A stretch of 64,000 nt of DNA from Sminthopsis crassicaudata. Its lineage: Eukaryota. Position 1 is the first letter of the stretch. Each line of letters begins with the position of its first letter. The stretch covers positions 627,792,958 through 627,856,957 of the forward strand of contig NC_133617.1 in the NCBI RefSeq assembly GCF_048593235.1, in the 5' to 3' direction. The position numbers and the translations under genes were made by a program. Positions 45,901 through 57,700 of the stretch are shown here, one piece after another. The notes beneath the pieces were generated by a model. It worked only from the letters and a program-made list of their open reading frames with translations, was not told where the DNA came from and made no database searches.

Positions 45901-48900
45901 CTGAAGAACAGCTCAAGGAACTTATAAACTAATGGTGCAACAAAAGAATGCATGACCTCAAGGAGTTTAAGAGTAGGTCCTCCCATGCATGGCCTTGGAG
46001 AGTGGTAGAGCAGCCATGAGACAGAAAATAACCAAGGTGAAAACAGAGGACACTTGGTAATAGGAATTTTGAGGGTGGAATTACTCTTAGGAGATTGCCT
46101 TCAGAGGCTGTGGTGCCATGTTTTGAATATCACTAATGGTGACAAATCTTCATACTTGAGTAGGTATTTTGAAGCTTGTTCTTGGACGACAAAGCCAAGC
46201 TATTCTCTTCCAGTTCAATTCTGGACCCACCTGAATTGCCCATTTGGGGTGTATAGACTAATATATATGCATCATTGGATGACCTCTGTATCATTAGTAC
46301 AATTACATTAGGGAATTAGGCATTTTCGCTGATTTTCTACTTGGAAGTAGTGAAAGAGGCAAGCATTGATTTTATATTTTGTATTTGATTTCTTTATTCC
46401 ATGTTTTACATAACAACTTAATCTCTTTTCTCTGAATCTGAGTATAGAAGCTCATGAGTTCAAATGTTCAGCCTCCCTCTTTGAAGTTAGACACTAAGCT
46501 TTCCACAATCACTGTTAATTGAAAAACTCTATGCTACATTTAGAAATTTGATATTCATGAAACATAATTCTAAGGGAGTTGCTATTTTAGTAACACCTGT
46601 AAATCACTGCAAAGGAAACATATCGTCCTTCATAATCAGCTTGTGAAAACTCCAAGGACATTTTATATTGTCTTGAGAGCATGCAGGCTGACCTGGCTCC
46701 ATTTTAGCCTCATTTTTATCCAAAGCAAAGTGGTTTTATCTTATTCCCAGATGCTCATGAATCTTATTCCCAGGCCATGTTAATGATCTAAGGATGCAGC
46801 TGGGCCCCATACATTTACAAAGCATTCCTTCAAGGTGGAGGAGTAGCCCTGATTGTGGGTGCATGCATGACCACTTTTCTTAATGTAACCATCTTGATTT
46901 CACCCCTGTGATGGTGCCAGTCTCATATCAATGCTATAATTTCCTTACCTGCTCTGTTCCTTGCTCATTGCTTATAAAAAGGAGTTGAATTCCCAGTTCT
47001 CTGTCTTTAGTTAGAAACCGATGCAAGCCACGGACCCTTTTATTAATAGGTTTGGCACCATATTTATAAATTGTTCTCTTCCTTGAAGAGAACCTGCCTT
47101 AGGGTATCTTTTATTGAACTTTACTCAAGATAGCAGTTAAGCCGAACTATTTTGAATAGTCATGGATCTCATTTAAGAGATTCCTTGGTGTTCTGTGATT
47201 CCTCTTGCCTTCATGTTCTTGGGCAGCTATTGCCTAAGGGTCTTTTAGACCTTTCTTTAAAAAATTTATCTAGACTTAATACCTATAATCTGAGCCCCAA
47301 AACTCCTTATTGGATATAGTTTTATAGATTCAGGTTTCACATACATATTGCCCAGATTTTTCTAAGCTTGGATATTTTGGACCACACATTGTCTCTACTT
47401 TATGCTTGATCATAAATATTATTTCATCTTCTATACCAGCAAAATTACTGGCTCATCCTCTTGGTCTGGTTGAAAAGTCTCTGATCTTGCTGAGCTTCAT
47501 CGGAAATCCAAGGGTTGGGTATGCCAAAAGCAGTAACTTCACTGATATTTCAAATCTCACTTCTCTGTAGTTTCGGTCTTATTAGGGGCTGCCATGGAAA
47601 GATTGTCGTCATTTTTCTCTTCATATCTATCTTGTCCCGTTTCATCTTGTTCCTAAGCCTCCCTACCTTCAGTTCTTTGCATAGCTTTCTCAGTCATCTC
47701 TTGAAACTTCATGTTCCTCCTTTTTCTGTTGTAGCATCTTTTTCTGTACTTGAACTTGATCTCTACCACTTCACCAGCCTTTCTGTCAGCAATGTAGAGA
47801 GCTTTAGCAAACTTGGCAAAATTTTCATTAAATTAGCTGTCTGCAGTCCTTTCCTCATCAGTAGTCAGACATTTGTCTGACAGACTATATTAACCCTTTG
47901 CATTTTTCCAGTTTTAAATACAAGGAAAAATTTTCCGCTTCTGTTTCTTTACAACTGTCTTCTGACTAGGAGAACATATGACAGCTGCAGGAGGAGAAGA
48001 TCAGTCAGGAATTTTCTTATTTTGAATCTTGAAGGTTCTATTGTATCTTTTTTGCATTTCCACCATCTGTGCAAATCTTTGCTTAGCTCTAAAGTTGCAA
48101 GCCACTTCTTGCTGAGACAGTGTGTAGCTCTTGTACTGACTTCTGCTTGAATTGATATGTCTTATAAGATATAGATCTCTCCAGCGTTACCTCTTTAATG
48201 TTTCTTTATCAGGTCTTTGCTAGTCTAGGTCATCAACATTCACAATTTCTTGGGGAAACAGGTTGTTATACTTGCCATAAATGTCTTTTAATTGTTTATG
48301 TTGAGCAATTGCAACATAATTAACTTTTTTCTCTACCTTCACTTGAATGCCTAAAGCATTGGATGGTTTTCCCCCCCCCTTTCTTTCCATAGCCAATGAA
48401 GGGTATTGGGCCATCTGTATTTCTGGAAAGGCATTTCCATATTCAAAATCTTTTTAACAACCTAGATAGTCATTTTTTTCTGAAATCTGTATAGAGGAAG
48501 TTCTGTTCATGATGAAACTAGTGTTGCCTGCCTTGATCTCCATGAACTTACCCTTTATACAGTCTCAGCTTGGTTTTGAGAAGGCTGAGTTATTATTGTA
48601 AACAAAATTGGTAAGCATTATATATTCTGCTATGCTAATCATTTATATTATTTTCCTGATACCACATCATCCTGCACGAGGTATTCTTATGTTTCACAGA
48701 ATTCTTTATCTTCATTATTTATGATGTAGTACTCCATTGCATTCATGTCCTACATGTATATTTCTTTAATTTCTACTTCTTTGCTACCACAAAGTGATAA
48801 CTATTAGTATTTTGACCCATATGGGACCTGTCTTTATGACTTCTTTGATGTTATGCAGACCAAGAAGAATTCTGGGTTAAAGGATATGAATATGTTACGC

Positions 48901-51839
48901 ATTTAAAAAATATAATTCTACATTGCTTTCTAGAATAGACCAATTCACAACTCTGCTAATAATCCAGCTTCCTAATTTGTCAGATTTGTTTTAAAATTGT
49001 AGAATTTGCTTCTGAACCCTTGAAGGCAAATTAGATAGTACAGCTCTTACACACACCCCTCAGACTGCAAAATGATATTCATTGTAACCATTTTTCACCT
49101 GAATAAGACATTTGGGGATAAGAGAAGTAGGAGTAGAAGGGAGAGGTGTGAGCACATCTTGTAATTTGTCATAGGATTCCACCTTAGCTAAGAGTGGAAG
49201 AACAGTACAGACAGGCAGAATCAGGACAATTTTTGTAGTTGAGAGAAATGGTTAAACTGTGCTTTTGAGTTGGGATGGCTCTCAGGAGGAGGAATTCTAT
49301 GAAGCAGTCTTCAAGTCTTGGAAGCAGCAGGGGCTTTGGACTTTCTGGAAGCCTTCATTTATCTCTCCAGATTTTATCTCTGTTACTGCCTCTTAACCTA
49401 TGGTTTCCCCTTTCTTTCAGCTGTGGATTTGGATTCTGATAAGCCCCTTTCTGAGAACATCCCTTTGCCAGTTTCTTCTACAGAAAAGAATCAAAAAACT
49501 AATGATGAAGAGGAGAACCATTTTTTGTGAGTATGCAGAATACTTAGGGAAATGGCAAAATGTTTGGTGTTGACCACCAGTGGTTGGCAGGTCCCTGGGA
49601 CACAAGAAGGGCTGAAGGATAGAATATAATGGGATATGTGGGTTTGGGAAAATTTTCATGAACAGACCCAGGCACCAGGACCTCTTTTTCTCTTTATCAT
49701 TGACTGCTCTGTGATCTATTCCCCATTTTCTTTTGTAAATTTTCTTTTCAGGGTCCGGGACAGTTCTTCTTCCCCTTCTCCCCCTCCCCGATACCGTGGA
49801 CGATCCAGGAAACCCCCAAGAGCCCTTGGGAAGATAAGGTAAAGTCTTTCTCTCCCTTGATAGCAAGGGTTGGACAGCAGCTGTTTTGGAGAACTTAGTC
49901 GCATTCACTGATTAGAAAATAATTAGTGCTTTCTTGGATGAGTCATTGACGCCTTTTTCTAACCCTATAGGGAGGTAAATAAGCGCTTACAGGGTCTCCG
50001 ATCTTACCTGAGTCCCTTGTCATCTAAAGACCGTGTTTCTGAAAATTCCGAAGATGAAGTGATCTTGGTGGAGGAGACCAGTGTTAGGAAGAGCCCCCGA
50101 CACTTAACTCTTAAAGTGAGGTGCCGGACTGACCTTGTCAAATTACCTCTCAGTACGGTGAGAACTGGGGACTAATTATAATGGGTTAATTGGGGAAACA
50201 TGGGGCCAAGTAGCTGTCATGTTTTCCTTGGTCCTTAGTTCAGGGGACAGGCAAGCAGAAAGTTAGATATGCATTCTGGATGGATTGTGCTACAGTGGGG
50301 CATGAAAGCATTTCTATACTTCCTCTTTTTTTCTCAGGATGAGCCCTTGCAGGTTGTCGTGGATCACATGGCATCCCGATTAGGAGTGTCCTCTGCCCGA
50401 ATTCTTTTACTGTTCCGAGAAGTAGAACTTTCCCCTAGTGCCACCCTCAGCTCTCTAAAGATTGGAGTAGCTGACATCATTGGTAAGTGGAGGTAGCTGT
50501 GGGGCTGCATCACAGGGAAGCATGAAAGTTTATGGGAAGAGGGGCAGCTGGGTGGCTCAATGGGTAGAGGAGGACCTGAGTTCAAATCTAACCCCAGACA
50601 CTTAACACTTTGTAGCTGTGTGACCCTGGGCAAATCACTTAATCCCAATTGCCTCAGCAAAAAAAAAAAGTTTCGGGGAGGAGCCCACACTTCCTGCTAA
50701 GTCCCTTTACTTCCTTCCCTTCCTCCTCTTACAAGATTGTGTAGTCCTGTCCAGTACTCCTGAGCCTTCGAAAGAGTCAGAATCAGGAGAGGAACTTCGG
50801 CTCAGGGTTCAGGGGCAAGAGAAACACCAGGTCCTGGAGATCACTGTATCCCGGGTAAGTGGGGGTTGGAAATCTTTTTTTCCATTTACTCAGCATCCTC
50901 ACAGACATCTACTACTCTTGAGACTGAATCTTTTTCTGATAAGACATCCAGTGACTATCCTTTCCAAATTCAATTTTGTCTTAAAAAGTGAGAAAAGGAA
51001 GATTCTTTCTGTGGCTGATATTCTTGCCTTCCTTTCTTCTGACTTCAGGGCCCTCTACTTTACCTATCATACAAGGTTGAAACTGGAAGAAAGCTTAGAG
51101 GTCAGATAATTTAACCCTCTTGTTTTCAAAACCTATGTGTTGAGTTCTTCTGATTTTTTGGTCTTTTTCAGTTCCAATTTTGCAAGTTAACTACTTTACA
51201 GTTGGAGATATGTGCTAATTTCCTCTCAGTTTTTTAAAATCATAATTATGGATATTCTTAATCTGTTTTACTATACAAATTTTGTTCTGATCCAGTTTAT
51301 GAAATAATCTAGAGGTATTTTGATCGTAATATTAAGTCTGCTAATTTGGGAACTTGTGATATAACCTAACCATTTTCTATAAAAATTATTTTGGGGGTTG
51401 TCTTTGTATCTGCCTCTTGTGTACTGATATAAGTTAATATATAGATATTTGACACTTTTTAATTTTATAAATTTCTCTCAAATAAGTTTTATTTCTTCTG
51501 GATTATAGTTAGTATCCTTCATTACAGAGGAGGAAAAAGACCAGATAAGTATCCTGTCCAAGGCTTCTTTCATATGTCAGTGACATTTACTGTTATTCTA
51601 CTCCCATCAAAACTTGTCATTTCTCTACCCAAACCCCAACAATTCCTTCCTTTCTGACTTATAGTACTTTCTTTATTTAGGGTGCTCCTCTTAGAACACT
51701 GATGTCTCACTATGCAGAGGTCATGGGACTCAAAGGACATAAGCTATCTTTCTTTTTTGATGGCGAGAAGCTTTCGGGCCAAGGGACCCCAGCAGAATTA
51801 GGCATGGAACAAGAAGACCTCATTGAAGTTCGGAGTTGA
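42568..51839 (+). CDS. NFATC2IP: NFATC2-interacting protein (NIP45), 415 aa; join(42568..42939,43152..43224,49421..49526,49752..49838,49971..50157,50338..50482,50736..50854,51681..51839)
   Basis: PRRRRLLLGAGEAPVVPVYSGKVKSSLR, EVNKRLQ, KVRCRTDLVKLPL, and two SUMO-like domains (EPLQVVVDHMA...IGVADIIDC; LSFFFDGEKLSG...LGME..DLIEV); all phases consistent. Confidence 0.95.
43152..43224 (+). CDS. NFATC2IP: NFATC2IP exon 2 (73 nt)
   Basis: VKSSLRFFPKDLRQPLFSGSPSGE; tag|...|gtgaga. Confidence 0.9.
43676..43845 (+). mobile_element. OC1 (OposCharlie1)-like non-autonomous hAT MITE, 170 bp
   Basis: TIRs cagtggtcctcaaact / agtttgagaacccctg; body ccagttcactgtccctcagactgttggagggcaggactatagtaaaaac...ggcccacgggcc. 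Flanks ctttaaag/ctctagtc fit hAT target preference, but are a poor TSD (4/8). Confidence 0.75.
44380..45060 (-). mobile_element. LINE-2 fragment
   Basis: Antisense L2 signature ggaggtaattgcaattatctaggtaagagataatgagggtttgaact. Confidence 0.55.
45226..45447. mobile_element. hAT-Charlie MITE, 222 bp
   Basis: TIRs caaagcttcttaaact / aatttaagaagccctg; 8-bp TSD tcctagag / gtctagag (6/8). Confidence 0.7.
47190..48590 (-). pseudogene. SNW1: Processed pseudogene of SNW1 (SKIP), near-full CDS, antisense in NFATC2IP intron 2
   Basis: Colinear, intronless SNW1-like peptides: AFPEIQMAQY...SNALGIQV...IYGKYNNLFPQEIVNVDD, QMVEMQK, NWKNAKG (47913-47893), ENFAKFAKALYIADRK, DQRLFNQTK, EHEGK; many stops and frameshifts. 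Confidence 0.9.
49421..49526 (+). CDS. NFATC2IP: NFATC2IP exon 3 (106 nt)
   Basis: VDLDSDKPLSENIP...DEEENHF; phase 1-2; strong acceptor and gtgagt donor. Confidence 0.82.
49752..49838 (+). CDS. NFATC2IP: NFATC2IP exon 4 (87 nt)
   Basis: VRDSSSSPSPPPRYRGRSRKPPRALGKI. Confidence 0.85.
49971..50157 (+). CDS. NFATC2IP: NFATC2IP exon 5 (187 nt)
   Basis: EVNKRLQGLRSYLSP...EDEVILVEE...LKVRCRTDLVKLPLST. Confidence 0.94.
50338..50482 (+). CDS. NFATC2IP: NFATC2IP exon 6 (145 nt)
   Basis: DEPLQVVVDHMASRLGVSSARILLLFREVELSPSATLSSLKIGVADII. Confidence 0.95.
50540..50668 (+). mobile_element. WSINE1-like SINE (partial head, A-tail)
   Basis: ggggcagctgggtggctcaatgg...gaggacctgagttcaaatc...gcctcagcaaaaaaaaaaa. 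Confidence 0.8.
50736..50854 (+). CDS. NFATC2IP: NFATC2IP exon 7 (119 nt; AAG acceptor)
   Basis: CVVLSSTPE...ELRLRVQGQEKHQVLEITVSR. Confidence 0.92.
51681..51839 (+). CDS. NFATC2IP: NFATC2IP exon 8 coding part; candidate PAS AATAAA 52291-52296
   Basis: GAPLRTLMSHYAEVMGLKGHKLSFFFDGEKLSGQGTPAELGMEQEDLIEVRS*. Confidence 0.95.
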   Translation, partial: GAPLRTLMSHYAEVMGLKGHKLSFFFDGEKLSGQGTPAELGMEQEDLIEVRS

Positions 51840-53605
51840 AGTGCAGTGTTCTGCCTTCTCCCTCCTTCCTGCCTTCAAAGTGAGATATGAAGCTGGGACT
51901 CTTCAAAAATCAAAGAATGTCTGCCCTTCTAGTCTTCCTTTTCCATCTTCTCTCCTGTCTTCCAATTGCCCTAAAGCTAGATCTGAGAAAGACCCTTCCT
52001 TTTCTTCTCCATTTCTCTTGTCATCATTTACCCCTTACCCTTCTTTCATAGGTGTCCCAGGGGTGAAGCTGCTGTTCTAGCATTTGTTCTTGAACGTTTC
52101 TATGAGTGCATCTTAGTTGCCTTCTGCTAATTGGAGTATTTGAGTACCACTTACCCTGTATATATGTACACGTGTCCTTTGACATCTTTCTCTTTGCACT
52201 GATTATTTTGGACTTGGGGTGTGAAGATAAATTGCAGACCTCTAGTTTCCAAATTTTCGTGGACCCAGTCGTTTTTGTAACTGGATTTAAAATAAAATGT
52301 AATTTGGATTTTGGATTTGAACTTTTAATTCCTCCAGGGTTTTCACCTCATTGGTGGGAGGGGGGGGGGACAGGGAAAGTCAGAGCCCTGTCACTTGGTT
52401 ATATCTTGGATTTAATGATATTTAGGGGCAGGAGAGGACAGCGTTCAAATTCCAGAAGATTCAATGAAATTGGGTTGGTTTGCTGAACTTTTGGTGGTAA
52501 GAGGGTCATCCTGTTGCTTATGACACCTCTTCTACCTCTACCCCCGTGACTACCCAGCACACCTCATCTCTCTTTTCAGTGTTGTGTTGGACACTGGTAA
52601 TGATAAGGGGAGAGGAATAGGAAGGTTTAAGACATGGCTCATGCCCTTATAGAGCCTAGAATTTAGTGGGGAGTGACACTTTAATCAGTATTTTAACAGC
52701 TATAGTTTTATTGATTTGGGTACTATTTCACAACATGCAATTTCTGAGATTTAAAAGCTCTTTTGGAATTACTGTGCCTGAAACCTTGTCACCCTGCAGC
52801 CAGCCTAAAAATGAGCTTTTCTTAACTAGAAGGGGTCAGTCTTGGGTCAGCCACCAGCGTCGGGGCCCTCAAAACCCTTCTAGTTTTGTACAACTTAGGA
52901 ATTTGTTCCCTGCTGCCAAAGAGGCTGAGAAAAGTGAGTTACTTCCCTGTCACGGAGATTTTGCTGGATCACATCAGCACAAATAACTGCATTTATATGT
53001 AGTTAAATAGCCCGGATAAATTGTTTGTCAAGTACTAGGCAAGGGGTGGATCATCATTGCCCAAATGTTAAGGAGTAATCATGGTAGCATTTGATTTGGA
53101 CTTTAAAGGTGGGTAATATTCGGGGGGGGGAGGGGAAGGGGGCGCTAGTGTGGGTGCAGGAAATGGTAAGACTTGCCCCTTTCCCACGTGGTTTTCCCCC
53201 TAGCCACCGCGGTAGGGCGCTGATGAGCCGGGTCCAAGAAACATCACAGTTCGAGGCCAGGCGCCTGGGGGGGAGGGGGACCCGGGGGCCACGCCCATCC
53301 GCCATCTCCCAGCCTGTGCATCCAGAGCGCACGTTAGGAGAGGAATCCCGAGCTGTTTCCCCCTGCAAGCTCTACTGGCACACGAAATGTCCCTCCGCCC
53401 TCGGCGAGCTTAGATCGGGAGTTGCAACGTCTCCGGGGGCCGAGGGACTCCTCCGGCCACAAACGGGAATGAAAGCCTACTGTCTCAACCTCCCAACTCG
53501 CAGCTTCTCGGGATCCGGGGCCGCCGCTGCCCGGCGCCAGCGGACTGGGGAAGCCTCGGAGAATGTCCGGGGAAAGTCCGGGGAAAGCTTGGAACCCGCC
53601 CCTTT

Positions 53606-53705
53606 GTTGTCATAGTAACGCGTGCCGGGCTTGTCAAGAGCCCGTCACGTGACGTCTCGCTCAGGCTTCCCCCCCTCACCCACGCACGGTCTCGAGTCAC
53701 ATGAC
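53606..53705 (+). promoter_or_regulatory. SPNS1 promoter: X-box-like GTTGTCATAGTAAC (53606), CLEAR GTCACGTGAC (53644) overlapping a CRE-like TGACGTC, second E/M-box GTCACATGAC (53696)
   Basis: Direct motif matches in a CpG island; CLEAR elements are typical of lysosomal genes. Confidence 0.7.
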
Positions 53706-53709
53706 TTGT

Positions 53710-53826
53710 GCGTAGCCATCATGGCGGTGGCTGCGATGCGGTCCGGACCTTGAGCCTCCGCTGTAGCAGCAGCGGCGCGGCGGGGGCAGCAGCGCAGGCG
53801 GACACCAGGAGCCGTGCGGCAATCGG
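53710..53826 (+). other. SPNS1: Probable non-coding SPNS1 exon containing a uORF (53721-53753, MAVAAMRSGP*)
   Basis: Consensus donor CGG|gtaagt at 53826/53827; matching acceptor ctcttccag at 54498. Confidence 0.6.
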
Positions 53827-54550
53827 GTAAGTGGGGCCGCCTGGACCTTGGAGCGCCGCTCCCGGCGGGCCGGGGTGGATTACGGAGCCGCATTCCCTGC
53901 CCTTCTCCCCCTGCAAACTTGGCCGTCTTGAGTTCCTCCTTCCTGCCCGGACCCCTCCGCCGTGCCTTCCGCGGCCCCGCTTCCCCCGCGGTACCGGACT
54001 GTGGTGCACGTGTCGCCCCCCAGCACTGCCCTACCGGCTTCGAGCTCCTTGATTCCCGGTGGGGTCGCAGGGACCACGTGTGTTGTGTTTACTTCCCGCG
54101 TCTGGTGGGCGGAGGCCGCAGGCCCGATCGCGGTGGACGCCGGGTCTCACGGGCTGCGGGACCTTTGACCCCTCTTGTTTCACTTGTAAGATGGGCTTAA
54201 TGACATGCCTCCTTCAGTAGCGGGGAGGGTGAGGGGAAATCGTTTGGGACCCGTGTCCCGGCTTTTCCGTGGCAGGGAAGGGTGAGTGCTGGGCCGGGAG
54301 TCGGGGCCGGCCATTGTGCTCTGGTTACTCGGCTGGTTCCCCACATTAGGCGGGTTACTCAGTTCCTCCTCCCTTTTTTTGTAAAAATGACGGGATCCAC
54401 AGTTTGGAGCCTGTAGAGCCCCACAGAAGGAGCGGATCACAGCGCTCCCGGGTCCCTGCTGGGTGCGCCTTCCCCGCCGTGACCGTCTCCTCTTCCAGGT
54501 CAGATTAGCCGGCCCGGCCGGACTAGTGACCCGGAGAAGCGGCAGCAGCT

Positions 54551-54791
54551 ATGTCCGGGCTGCTGGGCCAGCCGGACACCGCCCCCTTCCTCAGCCAAGC
54601 GGATGACACAGAGGAGGGCGTGGGGGGCCCCCTCCCCGGGCCTGGCAGGGCCGAGCCCCGCCACGGAGAAGACCCGGATGGGGAAGGGCTCCAGCTGATA
54701 ACTGGCATCTCCCCGGGACATGCGACTCTGATCGTGGGCGTGCTGTGCTACATCAACCTGCTGAACTACATGGACCGGTTCACCGTGGCAG
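54551..54791 (+). CDS. SPNS1: SPNS1 coding exon 1 (241 nt)
   Basis: [19 protein letters not shown]...[10 protein letters not shown]|gtaacc. Confidence 0.95.
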
Positions 54792-57700
54792 GTAACCAGC
54801 GGAGGGGCTTCTGGAAGCTGCTGGTGGTGGTCGGCTGACCTCGTGGCCGCCTCTGGAGCGCCGACGTTTACTCTCCCGCCCGTTTTACAGATGCGGCCTT
54901 ACCGGGCTGCACAGCTAGTACTGGGAGCCGGGAAGGGGGCCTCCCTGACTGCAGGGCTGGGACCCCCACGCCCCCTGGCAGCCATCTGCGAAGGCTGGAA
55001 CGGTTAATTCCGCTTTTGTTCCTGCCCACTTTGCATGTGATGGTCTCAAAAATATCACCAAGCAAAGGCCTGGGCCTTCCGAGGGGTCCCACTGCCAGTA
55101 GGGAGAGGGGGAAGCTTGGCTTCAAGGACCTCTCCCTCCCCCACCGCCTGACTCCCGCTGTGCTGGTTTCAGGTGTTCTTCCAGACATCGAGCAGTTCTT
55201 CGGTATTGGAGACAGCAGCTCCGGCCTCATCCAGACCGGTGAGTGGGGGTGGGCCAGTGGGAGGAGGGCGCTCCCTGCCATCACTCTTCTGTGATACGGG
55301 GTCTGGGGGGCAGGGCATTCTAATGGGAGGCTTTAATCCTTCTGTCTCCTGTGCAGTGTTTATTTCCAGCTACATGGTCCTGGCCCCTGTGTTTGGCTAT
55401 CTGGGGGACAGATACAACAGGAAGTACCTCATGTGCGGCGGGATCGCCTTCTGGTCCCTGGTGACTCTGGGCTCTTCATTCATCCCCAGAGAGGTGAACA
55501 AGCATCCCCTGGTTCTGGCCCCGCTCTCAAAGCCCATCTATGGGGGGGTCTGTATGGAACCAACTGAGACAGACCCCCCCGTGTTACTTAAGTGGCTCTG
55601 TCCTTGTCCGAGTTATGGGCATTCCTTCTCACCCTCCCTTCCCCTCTGGTTTTTCTCCCTCTGCCCACACCTGGCTTTGTCCTTGATTTTGTTTTTTCTC
55701 CCTTAGTGAATTGAACTGCCTAAGGGGTTACAGCTACTGCTTTTTTGTAAATAACTCCTAAATCAGCATTTCAAATCGTTTTGTTTGATCGTTTTGTTGG
55801 CCAAGAAGCTTGGAGAGCCGGAGAAGTCAGTAAAGATCCTATGAAACTTTCCAAGATGGAGAATGTCCAATGTTTGCTTTTTGGTTTTCTTTTTTCTTAG
55901 AGATTTTGGCTACTTCTCTTTACTCGGGGCCTTGTAGGGGTTGGGGAGGCCAGTTATTCTACCATTGCCCCCACCCTCATTGCTGACCTCTTTGTAGCTG
56001 ATAAGCGGAGTCGAATGCTTAGTATCTTCTACTTTGCCATCCCTGTGGGCAGGTGAGTTCACAGCGGGAGAAAAAGTAAGAGGAACTAGAATTCTGTCTT
56101 CAGGTTGAGAGAACTAGAGACAAAAGACTAGTCTGGGTGGAGATGCTAAGCTCATCTGGGGAGAGAAGCAGCTTCTGTGTGGGCTATCCTATAACCTGCA
56201 TCCCTTACTCTTTTATCCAGTGGTCTGGGTTATATCGCTGGCTCAAAGGTGAAGGACGTGGCTGGAGACTGGCATTGGGCACTCAGGGTGAGTCCTCCAC
56301 CAGGGATGGAAGGGAGGGGGCCCAGATTATCCTTTCTGAGACTGTTACTTTTGACCTTCTTCCAAAGTTTTCCTCACCAATAGGAAATGTGCATGAATGT
56401 ATGTGTGCATGGATATATGTGTGCATGCATGTGTGCACAAGCTGCAGCCTCTAGTTGTTTCTGAGGTCTTGGAGACTGTTGTTTCCCCATAGGTGACCCC
56501 AGGCCTTGGGATGATAGCGGTATTGCTGTTGTTCCTGGTGGTGAGGGAACCACCTCGTGGAGCCGTGGAACGCCATGCAGACACCCCTCCCTTGAGTCCT
56601 ACCTCTTGGTGGGCTGATCTGCGGGCTCTGGCGCGGAAGTGAGTCTTAAGGACTTTTTTGCGGGGAGAGGAAAGGGGCTCAAGGCAGTCAGGGTTACGTG
56701 ATTGCCCAGGGTCCCGTGATTGCTCAGGGTCACATGTCTGAAGCTTGATTTGAAGTCAGGACCTCCTGACTCCAGGGCTGGACCCACTGGGCCACTTAGC
56801 TACCCTGTCCCTAGGATTTTTGTTTAGTCCTTGATTCACACCTCTTGGACTTCCTTAGTCCTTTAAGGAGGATCTTACATACTTCTTGTAAAATCAAGTC
56901 AGGTCTTACCATGTGCAGATTCTGATTCTCACTTGTGGGAAACAGGAGCCATGAAATATTAACTCCTATTTAGTGGCTAAATAACTAGATTGAACTTTTG
57001 TATGGGGGTGGGGGTAGGAGCATTAACAGCTTTATCTTTTGTCTCCTTGCTTTTTAAGAGTGTCATCTGTACCAGATGGTTCCCTGCCAACTTTTATTGT
57101 CCTTTCATTTTCTCTCACTCTAAATTAGCTTTCATCCTTGCCTTGAATGTTCTTGAGGGATGGGAGGTGACTGTTGTGAACTCTGATCTTCTCCCTCCTA
57201 CAGTCCCAGTTTTGTGCTCTCTTCCCTGGGATTCACGGCTGTGGCCTTTGTCACGGGGTCCCTGGCTCTATGGGCACCAGCATTCCTGCTCCGAGCTCGA
57301 GTTGTCTTAGGAGAGACTCCACCCTGCCTCCCTGGAGATTCCTGCTCCTCTTCAGACAGGTACCAGGAGGCTTCTAGGAGGAGGGAGTGGACACGGAAAG
57401 GGGCTCTGTATTCATGATTTTCCTTTGTGGGTCAACAACCTGGCAGGATGAATGGTCCTTCTTTCCCCTGCAGGACCCTCTTTTGTGGATTGGTATGTAT
57501 GTGGCAGCTGGGTAAAAAGGGACAGATTTGGGCATCTAGTCACAGTAGCCAAGGAAGGGAGTAATTGGGGACAAGATGTTGCAAGTCTTTTGAGCTCTTA
57601 GAGCCAGGCAGTCACTGGGACCAGGAAGGTTCAAGAAACTCATTGAAAAGTCCAGCTGGAGTTTGAGAAAACTGAAGATTTAGAAAGTAGGAAGTAACTT

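Noticed and set aside
45960-46400. Non-repetitive-looking stretch near the SNW1 copy, considered as a second retrocopy
   Set aside because: No frame on either strand gave a recognisable peptide.
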